DNA of 64,000 bases from a virus. The stretch's first letter is position 1. Every line of letters starts with the position of its first letter. Position numbers and translations under genes: made by a program. Below the pieces are notes generated by a model. It had not been told where the DNA came from. It ran no database searches and saw only the letters and a list, made by a program, of their open reading frames with translations. The stretch lies in IMG/VR virus record IMGVR_UViG_3300045988_133686, positions 1 to 64,000 of that record. One strand, 5' to 3'. Positions 33,949 to 43,700 of the stretch are shown one piece after another.

Positions 33949-34192
33949 GCATACTAGGCAGTGAATTTAACCACTGCGGCTAGCAGAGCAGCCGCCATCA
34001 AAAGTTGGGAGGCGGCGCGTACTAGATCTGTGACTTGCGCCACAGCGTACTCATACGATTCACCTCCGTTTATTCTATAGGCCAACAAGTAGCATGGGTT
34101 CCTCGCAACAAAACCATCGCTGCTCGCAACATATAGTCACGGACTAGTACGCATTTATTATCAACTATACAACCAATTATTTCAAGGTTCAT

Positions 34193-34660
34193 ATGAAAAT
34201 CATCTCATTCGATCAGGCTACCCACATTACCGGATATGCGATTTATAACGATGGGGAACTTGCAGACTTCGGCATTATACGCTCAAAAGCCACCGATCCC
34301 CATGTACGAATGCGCGAGATGTTTGAGCAAATCTCCGCGCTGATTGACCAGGAACCCCCGGACAATGTATCCATAGAAGGGACGCAATGCCAGAACGGCA
34401 ACTACAAAGCTTTCAGCACATTATGCCAGATGCAAGGTGTACTATTTGCAATTCTATTTATCCGCCACATCGAATTCTTTGTGGTGCCACCGATGACTTG
34501 GAAGGCATTTCACAAGATCGGTAACGGCAAGCGCGCGCTCCAGAAAAGAGCGGCTATTCAGATCGTACACAATAAAGGCATTGACGCGTCGGAAGACGAG
34601 TGCGAAGCAATCCTCCAGGGCGAATACGTCTTGGACTTGATACGAAAGGAACAAAAATGA
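34193..34660 (+). CDS. RuvC-like Holliday junction resolvase
   Basis: MKIISFDQATHITGYAI (first catalytic Asp), VSIEGTQ (Glu) and a C-terminal DASEDECEAILQG. Size is 155 aa. Confidence 0.65.
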   Translation: MKIISFDQATHITGYAIYNDGELADFGIIRSKATDPHVRMREMFEQISALIDQEPPDNVSIEGTQCQNGNYKAFSTLCQMQGVLFAILFIRHIEFFVVPPMTWKAFHKIGNGKRALQKRAAIQIVHNKGIDASEDECEAILQGEYVLDLIRKEQK

Positions 34661-35220
34661 TTAAGATCCCGAAGAGCGCTATGAAGCAGGTTAAGGTTGA
34701 CGCAGTTTATCACATCGGTGAAACCGAACGGAAGATGCACATTTCGACCCATATCACGGATGAGATGCGCCTCAAGTATCTCCAGACCTATATGAACATT
34801 ATGTTCGCCGACAATACATATCGCCCCGACTTGAGTGACATTGCACGTAGCTGGGCGCTTATCACGATGGCTACCGACATTGACACAGAGGGCGCAACCA
34901 TCGACGAGATTATTTACGTCGTCGAGCACACGGATGTCCTGCCTGCCATTTATGAGGTTATCCCCGAAAATAGACTGACATATCTAGAGTTTGGCGCCGA
35001 CAAAACAGAGGCGGTCTACATGGAGCGTATGAAGGCAGACCCCGCCCGCAAACTTGACGATCTGCTCACTATGCTCACTGACAAACTCGCAGTGATGCTT
35101 GATAAGTTGGGTGAACTGGATATTAACCCTGCGGAGACGGCCGAAATGATTGACAAATTCAAAGCGTTGCTGGATAGCGAGCAGGGGAGCGAACTGATTA
35201 AGGTTGCCGCAGGCAAGTAA
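34657..35220 (+). CDS. hypothetical acidic protein
   Basis: The ATG overlaps the RuvC stop (ATGA). Product is 187 aa. Confidence 0.55.
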   Translation: MIKIPKSAMKQVKVDAVYHIGETERKMHISTHITDEMRLKYLQTYMNIMFADNTYRPDLSDIARSWALITMATDIDTEGATIDEIIYVVEHTDVLPAIYEVIPENRLTYLEFGADKTEAVYMERMKADPARKLDDLLTMLTDKLAVMLDKLGELDINPAETAEMIDKFKALLDSEQGSELIKVAAGK

Positions 35221-35230
35221 GGAGTAATAT

Positions 35231-35842
35231 ATGGAAGATAAGGAAATGCAGGAATATATGGAAGATAAGAACCTACCAGACCCAATCATGCGTCGTTTTT
35301 ACAAAGACTTTGCCCGCCGCGTCCTGTGGCTCGACACAGAAGTTACGGACGGGTTTTTAGAGTTTGGTAAGTTTATTCTCCAGTGGAACGCCGAAGATGC
35401 GGACAAACCAGTGGAAGAGCGCGTCCCGATTAAGCTTATGTTCTTCTCTCCGGGCGGCTCCCTTTACGTTAATAACGCAATGGTTGATATTATTTCTATG
35501 AGCAAGACTCCCGTCTATGGCTATAACATGGGCATGGCGTTCAGCGCGGCCTGCTTTATGTTCCTTGCATGCCACAAGCGTTTTGCCCTCCCCTCCTCCA
35601 GCTTTATGCTCCATAAGGGCAACGCAGCTATGGAGGGCGACACGATTAACATCGAAAATACAGCCGCGGACTACAAGCGCTCGATTGCACGGTTGATTGA
35701 TCTTGTTGTCACTCGCACAACGATTCCGAAGAATGTTGCCAATAAAAAGATGAACAGTGACTGGTTTATCACGGCACAAGACGCTCATGAAAAATACGGC
35801 TTCGTGGATGAGATTCTGACCGACATGGAACAGGTGGTGTAA
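35231..35842 (+). CDS. ClpP-family (S14) serine protease-like protein
   Basis: IKLMFFSPGGSLYVNNAMVDII...GYNMGMAFSAACFMFLA...SSFMLHKG places the Ser and His as in ClpP. Confidence 0.7.
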   Translation: MEDKEMQEYMEDKNLPDPIMRRFYKDFARRVLWLDTEVTDGFLEFGKFILQWNAEDADKPVEERVPIKLMFFSPGGSLYVNNAMVDIISMSKTPVYGYNMGMAFSAACFMFLACHKRFALPSSSFMLHKGNAAMEGDTINIENTAADYKRSIARLIDLVVTRTTIPKNVANKKMNSDWFITAQDAHEKYGFVDEILTDMEQVV

Positions 35843-35845
35843 ACC

Positions 35846-37270
35846 ATGGCAAAGCCAAAGGGTAAGGTTCGCGTATCTTTCCCCGGCAACGCCTCTCATG
35901 AGGTGACTGGTTCCATGACGTTGGTCGAAACGGACGGCATGAAGATTCTGATCGAGGCAGGGCTGGTGCAAGGGGGTTCGACACTACAAGATTGGCGGAC
36001 GAACTCCCGCCACTTCCCATTTCGCCCGAACACGATTGATTATATCTTTATAGGTCACGGACACGCCGATCACATGCTGCTGATTCCGAAACTTTATAAA
36101 GAGCATTGCACCGCGAAGATTATCGCGCCGCGCGGCACTAAGGCTCTATTCGATATTATGGCACACGACTCTGCCTATATCATCTCTAAGGACGCGCAAC
36201 AGCTTCAACAGGCGTTCGGCAAATACTTTGACCCGTTCTACACCGCGGATGATGTAGATACGGCCATGGAATATTTCGAGGAGTATGACTTCGACGAAAT
36301 GGTTGAACTGCCCGGCGGTTTGCGCTTCAAGTTTATTCCGTCCGGCCACATCATTAACGCCGCGCAGATTATGTTATGGGTACCGGCGCAGCAGCACTAC
36401 GTAAAAATCGGCTATACTTCCGATCTTGGTTCCACGCTCTTCCGCCGGTACATTAACCATTTCGAGCCGATTGACAACTGCGCGTTATTAATTGGCGAGT
36501 GTACATACGCGCGAGAAACACGACCGGTTACGCCGCGCGACCGCCGCAACGACATGCTAAAGATTAAGAGTATTATCGAAACAACATGTGTCGAGAATCA
36601 CAGCAGAGTGCTCATTCCGGTGTTCAGTCTTGATAGGGCGCAGAATATTGCGTCCTTTATTTATGACCTATTCAACGAAGATGAATCGTTTGACATCCCC
36701 GTCCTGGTCGATTCCCCGCTCACCGTGAAACTTTTCCGCTATATGCTTGAGCACGCCAATCCAGAGGATACAGCTTACCTTGAGAAGGTCATGGCATGGA
36801 AAAATCTGGTGCTCATAGAAGAGTCTGAGCAATCACGCCAATGGATGGAATCCAGCAAACCGTGCGTTATCCTATCCTCCGCCGGTATGTTGACCGCCGG
36901 GCGCAGCCGTCGCTGGGCAGCATCATTGCTCCCGCAGGCCAACGCCCACATTCTCTTCTGTGGGTTTGCCACGGAATCCTCGCTAGCCGGGCAGATCAGA
37001 CATGGTTCGGATCGCAAGTATATCTCTATTGAAGGAAAGCTGCGGCGCAATCGTTGCAGTATCACTGAGCTGCGATCATTCTCCGGCCATATGGGTCGCA
37101 ATGACTTAATCAATTATTACGCTGATGTTGATACGCCCCGCATCGCACTCGTTCACGGAGACGCTGACGCGAAGATTCAGTTTGCGGCAGACCTCGAAGC
37201 CGAGATGCAGAAGCGGAATAGAACGGGGCGCGCCATCTGCGTCAACAAAGGGACTCAAATTTTACTGTAA
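35846..37270 (+). CDS. metallo-beta-lactamase-fold beta-CASP nuclease (RNase J/CPSF-like)
   Basis: HGHADH (IFIGHGHADHM), a later SGH and TSD, then beta-CASP-like GECTYA, FSGHMGRNDL and LVHGD. Confidence 0.75.
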   Translation: MAKPKGKVRVSFPGNASHEVTGSMTLVETDGMKILIEAGLVQGGSTLQDWRTNSRHFPFRPNTIDYIFIGHGHADHMLLIPKLYKEHCTAKIIAPRGTKALFDIMAHDSAYIISKDAQQLQQAFGKYFDPFYTADDVDTAMEYFEEYDFDEMVELPGGLRFKFIPSGHIINAAQIMLWVPAQQHYVKIGYTSDLGSTLFRRYINHFEPIDNCALLIGECTYARETRPVTPRDRRNDMLKIKSIIETTCVENHSRVLIPVFSLDRAQNIASFIYDLFNEDESFDIPVLVDSPLTVKLFRYMLEHANPEDTAYLEKVMAWKNLVLIEESEQSRQWMESSKPCVILSSAGMLTAGRSRRWAASLLPQANAHILFCGFATESSLAGQIRHGSDRKYISIEGKLRRNRCSITELRSFSGHMGRNDLINYYADVDTPRIALVHGDADAKIQFAADLEAEMQKRNRTGRAICVNKGTQILL

Positions 37271-37320
37271 GGCTGTACACGGGCTTGTGTCGGCCTTTGT
37301 TTATTTCAGAGGTGAAACAC

Positions 37321-37755
37321 ATGCCTATAATCACATCCCGCGCGGCATTAGAACGTGAGATTCAACGTCGCGCAGTTTACGCCCTCACTCAGTGTGCAGA
37401 CATCATGACCAATGTTTTACACGAAAGTATTCAGGCTAACGTGTATAACGCCTACACCCCAAAGGTTTATGAGCGTCGCGGGGACGATGGCGGTTTGCTC
37501 GATATTATGAACTACGACGCAGAGGTTGATCCCGCGGATCTCAGTATTACGATGCGTGATAATGCGCTTGGCGGATTTGACGGAGCTGATTACTCTGATG
37601 ACCTGGATGCCACGGTTACACAGGGTTGGCACTCTAATGAACTTGACTGGGGCATCCGCGGTCGTCCGTTCTACCCTGTCGCGCAAGACATACTCGACGC
37701 GCAGAGCGGCGAGGTCGGAGCTGTTATCCTGGACGCCATGAAGAAGGGGGTATAG
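37321..37755 (+). CDS. hypothetical tail/neck-associated protein
   Basis: ATG at 37321 after AGAGGTGA. Its stop lies directly before the tape measure start. Confidence 0.5.
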   Translation: MPIITSRAALEREIQRRAVYALTQCADIMTNVLHESIQANVYNAYTPKVYERRGDDGGLLDIMNYDAEVDPADLSITMRDNALGGFDGADYSDDLDATVTQGWHSNELDWGIRGRPFYPVAQDILDAQSGEVGAVILDAMKKGV

Positions 37756-37756
37756 T

Positions 37757-40700
37757 ATGGCCGATAATTTGGAGTTTGGGCTAAAAATCGTACCAGACTT
37801 TACAGAATTTGATAGTCAAATAGGAAAACATAAAAGTAAGGAAACAATTAAGGTTGGCATTGAGCCGGATACATCATCTATCGATACAGGAATACGCGCG
37901 TACAATAAAACAAGCAGGAATAACGCGTCGCAGTTACGTGTAGCAATTTCGCCCGTTGAGCCTGCTGACGGCCTACAGAAAGCTGTTGATACATTCTCCG
38001 GCAGGGTGTCACTGCGACTCCCGATCAAGCCTATTGTGTCAACGCTGCGCAGTGACCTGAATGCGGCGGTTGCGAAACTCTCTAGTAACGGTTCGTCGCC
38101 GATCGCTATTGAAGCGTCGATTAAGCCAATCCACATCAACAAAACGTTACAGGAAGCGGCAAAGGGGCAGCTATTCAAGCTCCCCGTCACTCTTGATATT
38201 AACCAGAGTACGCTTAACTCGCAGATACAGAGCATCCAATCCAAGATCGTGCAGGCGCTTGGTACAATTTCGGTTACGCCGCAGATCAATTTGAATGTAA
38301 AACAGAGCGGCGGGACGAGCAACAGCGGTGGCAACAACTCCGGCGGTCTGTCTTACGAGCAAACGCTTGACCAAGCGAAGATGCTCACACAGCTAGAGGA
38401 TTTCCAGCGAAAATATCAAAGTGTACTGCAAAGCGGTGGCACAAACACAGTTCTTGGTGATGAGCTTCAGTCTATCATTGACAAAGTTAATCAGATCAAC
38501 ACCGGTGATGGGCTAACTACCGCCAAGCGTGAAGTGGCGGAAATTGAAGCGCGTGTCAAGTCTCTAGCAAGTGCGTATAGGGACGCATCGAGCGCGGCGC
38601 AGTACATGATTAAGTCCTCCACAACCACGACGTCAGATGACTGGATGAGTCGCTGGGGTGAGATTAATCGGTATATACAAGGTTTAGACGCTCAAGCACA
38701 AAAGCTTCAGTCTGATTTCCAGACATTTTCTTTGCCACAGAAGTTTGTTGATGATCTAAAGCATCTAGCTTCTGCTGTCTCTGGTCGAGCCACGGCGGCT
38801 CTTGGTAAGGCGGATAAAAATGAGATAGCTGGCGTCAATGTTGACAACGTACACCGAGCTTATGCGCAGCTTCAACAGGTTATGCAGACACCGTTCGAAG
38901 CGCAGAATCAAGATTATGTTAAACAATACACTGCCGCGATTCAGGAGCTAGACTCTGCCGTTAAAATCCTCACCGGCGACCTATCTACCGTTAAGCCCAC
39001 CCTGGCCTCTGCGTCTGATGTCAGCAAGGCAAAGGCTGACTTCGAGTCACTGGGTAAGACATGGAGCAAGCTGTTCAGCAATAGCAGCCTATCTGCCCGG
39101 TATACGGACATTCTCGGTAAATTTGATACCGAGATGACACAAGCTCAGTTCAAGGCTCTGCAAGCGGACGTCGCTGCTTTCCGTTCGGAGGTTATTGCGG
39201 CTGGCGCGGCTACACAGTCATTTGGTGGTAAGCTCAAGTCTGCGCTCGGCCAGTTTGGATCGTTCTTGTCTGTCGCATCACTAGTTGGTTACGCTGTTAA
39301 AGGCATGAAGGACATGTACCAGGCGGCCGTTGAGCTTGACACTAAAGTGACAGACCTACAGATCGCATCCGGCAACGCTCGAAGCGAAGTGCGTGCTATG
39401 GTGAACGAGTACGCAGATATGGGTAGGGAGCTTGGTGCCACGGCGGTTGATGTTGCAACGGCTGCGGACACGTTTTTGAGACAAGGCGAAAACGAAGCTA
39501 ATACGGCAAAGCTTGTCAAAGACGCTTTGATGCTATCCAAGCTTGGTCAGATTGGCACCGATGAATCATCGACCGCGCTAACATCTGCCATGAAAGGTTA
39601 CAAGGTGAGCGCCGATCAAGCGGAATTAATCGTCGATAAGCTGACCGCCGTCGATATGGAAGCCGCCGCTAGCGCTGGTGGTATTGCGAAGGCCATGGCT
39701 GAGACGGCTACTAGTGCTGATATGGCTGGTATCAGCATGGACAGATTAATTGGTTATCTAACTACCATAAAAGAGATAACACAAAGTGGTGACGAAGAAA
39801 CCGGTAACTTCTTCAAATCTACCCTTGCTCGTATGTCCAATATTAAAGCCGGTTATCTTTCTGACCCAGAGACGGGAGAGGATCTGTCTAACGTAGAAGC
39901 CACATTGAGCGGCTTAGGAATCAAGCTGCGCAATTCTAACGCAGAGTTCCGCAATTTTGGCGATGTGCTTGATGAGGTGGCCGGAAAATGGGACACCTTC
40001 TCTAGTGTCCAGCAGCGCGCGATTGCTACGGCTCTTGGTGGAACTCGCGGTCAGGAAAAGCTGCTCGTTTTGATCGAGAATTATGATTCCGCCATGGAGT
40101 ATATGGATGTCGCAGCAAATAGCGCCGGTAACGCGGCTGAGAAATACAATGCTTATCTTGCTGGTATCGAGGCATCCTCTGACTCCTTCAAGGCATCCTT
40201 CCAAAAACTTTCCGCGGATGTAATGAATAGCGAGTTTGTGAAGGGTACATATGATGTCGGCACTGGTATTCTTGGATTCTTAGATGCACTCGTTCAAAAG
40301 ATCGGCGTGTTCTCCACCCTCGGCAGTGGTAGCGGAATTGCTTCGATCATTAAAAATCTGACTAAAAAGGGCGATCTTCTTTCAGTCATTGGTAATAGCG
40401 ACCTCTCCGGAGCCATCAGTGATGTTGGGCAACTCTCGCAGGCGTATATGCAACTGAACGGTAAACAACAGCGTGCGTATATGCTGTATAATATGATGAT
40501 GAAGGGCACCTCTGGACTAACCACGGCACAGCGTCAGAATCTCGCGGCGACGGTGCAATTGGTTAGGCAGGGCCAGACCTTTAATGTTACGATGGCGGAG
40601 GCAGCTCTAAAGCAAGAGGGTTTGAATGAGGCGCAAATTCAGGGACTTCAGCTTGCGATGCAGAACCAAGGTGGACTTAAAAGTACCACACTCGCGTATA

Positions 40701-43700
40701 GAGATCAAGCCATGGCTGTGATTGAGGCCACGCTGGCTGGCACCAATCTTGATGCTCAAAAAAAGAGAGAGATTGCCGACCTTATCATGAGCAAGGCTGC
40801 GATTGACAATGAGACGCGTAGCTTGCGCGCAAACGCAACCGCTCGTATCGCGATGATGGCTGCCGATCCAATGTCGTGGTTGTCATTGGCTCTGATGATT
40901 ATCCCGCAGATCGTTAAGGGTATTCAGTGGCTCGCGGGTGCTCAAGAAAGACAGCTTGAGACACAGAAGCAAAATGAGCAAGAGATGCAAAGTGCCTTCG
41001 ACACGTATGACCAGTCAAAGGATGCTGCGGAATCATATGCGGAACAGATTGACGAGCTTACTCAAAAAATACGCGAATTGCAGGCACTTGAGAGTAGCGG
41101 TAGGATTTCACTTGTTCAAAAGGATGAGCTTACTGAACTACGTGCAGAAAATGATGAACTACAACGTAAGCTTGACTTGCAACAAGCGCTTGCTAACCAG
41201 GATTACAAAGATGCCGAAAAGAGCTTTACTGATACACTGACTGCGGGGCATGATGCGTATATTGGAGAAAGCTTCGGCAATATGCAAGCCATAGATGTGG
41301 TTAGCAGCAGCGTTGAAGACCAGATCAAACAAGGAGTAAATTACAAATCGATCTTCAGCGGACTTCGACAAGCATACGACTTTTTCCAAGATGATCTCCA
41401 AAGATATAACGAGATGGCCGACGATGCAATGGCCGCAGGAAATGCAAAAGAAGCTGAACGTCTTAGACAGTTAGCTCAATATGACGAAGAATATCTGAAA
41501 AATATCGAGAGTAAGGCCGCTTCTATCGTTGCACAGTTCGACGACCAATATTGGGCTATATGGGATCATTACAGCGGAGATCTTTCTAAAATTGGTAATA
41601 CCAATCTTAGAGATATTATGTCGTGGCTAGGTGATGCGATCGACTGGGTTAGTAAGGACGCAACAGATCGCCGCGTGGAAGGTATTCTTAATGGCGACGC
41701 TTATAAAGATCAAGTTGACAAAATTAAGGAGCTTGCCAAAAGCGGTAAGCTGACCGCCGACGAGCTTAATAACGAAGACTTCGATGGATTCCGCAAGGCT
41801 TTATCCGATGTGGGTGTAGACATTGACTGGTTTATCGAAAACTATAATCGTCTGCTGACTCTTGATTCGCCAGATGATAATCCCAGTAATATTGTCAATC
41901 CGGTCGAGGCATACGTTGCAAAAAATAAATCTGACATTGGTGATGCGCTCTCTTCTGCTTTGAGCGAATACAGCAATGATGGTGTGGTCGCGAAAGACAC
42001 CCTCATGGCACTCGACAAGGCTATTCCTGGCGTCACGAATTTGCTGCTCGATCAAAACGGCGAGTGGACTGCCGCCGGTCAAGCTATCCTCGGTTATACC
42101 GACAACGTTAAAGGCGCGACAGCAGAGCTTTACCGTCTTCTTATCGCTCAGAAGCAACAAGAACTTGCGCAGCTAAATCCTCGCGACGAAAAATATAGGT
42201 ATAACGAAGAGCAGATTAAAAACGAGATTGATAGCTATCAAGCCGCGCTGGACAACCTCCGCGCGAACTGGCGCGACGAAATTACTACTGCCCTCTCCTC
42301 CATCAACTCCGACTCAGATATTCTCGCCCAGGCCATCAACGACTTGAACGACGGCACATTCGAGGAATGGGACAGCGAGTTCGTCGAGACGCTACTCGAC
42401 GCCTTCCCCGACCTTGCCGACGAGATCGAGGCTTTTGCCGACGGCACCATGGACGCCAAAGACCTCATTGAGGAAATGCAGGACGCGGCTGACGCATCTG
42501 CTTGGGATGACTTCCTCGAAGCTCTCGATGCTGTGAACTCTGCCGTTGAAGAATACGGTGAAGACAGCTATCAGGTTCAGGAAGCGCTAGAGAACCTTGA
42601 GTCTATCGTGCCGGGCGTCTCTGCTCTATTTTACACCGAAGACGGCGCTCTTACCGATGTCGGTCAGGCTGCTATTCTCGCGGCGGATGGACATATTGAT
42701 GCGGCTGAGGCTATGTTACAGTCCGCTTTGGTTGCTGCGCAACTCGATCTGAGTAATATCGTTAATGAGTGGAATGCAGTCACGCAGGCTGCGAATCAGG
42801 CTGCAATTGCTGGCATTAACGCTTCCTATTCACAGCAGTATAATAATGCTTCTAAAAAAGTAGCTGACATTAAGAAATTGCTCGACAACCTTGGCAAGAA
42901 GGGCCTTGGTGGCGGCGGTGGTTCCAGGCGAGGTGGCGGTGGCGGTGGTAGCAGCAAAAAGGATGTTCTGGAGGACTACAAGAATCAGAAGAAGATCCTT
43001 GAGCACCGCGCCGACATGTCTAAATCCGCGCAGGACTTAATGCGGGAAGACACCGACGAATGGCGTGTCGAACAGCAGAAGCAGTACGACATCTACCGCG
43101 AGTATGCTGCGATGATCCAGGCCGAGATGGAACGCTTGCGCAAGCTCGGTTATGATAGCGAGTCCGAAGAACTCATGCAACTTGAGAGTGATCTGGCAAA
43201 AGTCAAGAAGCAGATGTACTCCCTTCAGAAAGAGGCATGGAAGTCTCAGCAAGACGCGCAGATCAAAGCGCTCAAGAAGCAGAAGGACGCCGCCAAGGAG
43301 GCTTGGGAGGCCGAAAAGGAACGGCTCGAAGGCGAGATTGATCGCCAGGAAGCGCTCATCGGTTTGCTCGAAAAGCAATATGACCTGACAAATAACCTCC
43401 GCGACCAACGCACCGACCTTGCAAAACAGCTTGCATCCTCGAAGTCATACATTGGTCTATCCGAAGAAGAGCGCAAGTCTTTATTCTCCGATGAGGATTA
43501 CGCCCAGCTTATGGGTGTTCTTGATGACATCCAGCGCGAAGCAATCATTGCCTATAACGAGTACACCGAGCAGATTAAATCCGTCAACACGGACGAGGCA
43601 TATAAGCTGGACTACATCACCCAGCAGTACGAAGCTCAGTACGAGCTGATGAACAAAAAGTATGCCATCGCCGTGCAGGATCTCGCCGTGGCGCGCGCCC

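Noticed and set aside
33190-35220. Canonical tail-chaperone -1 frameshift pair (G/GT) downstream of the tube gene.
   Set aside because: I found no overlapping second frame with a slippery heptamer for 33190..33486 or 34657..35220, so the chaperone identity remains unassigned.
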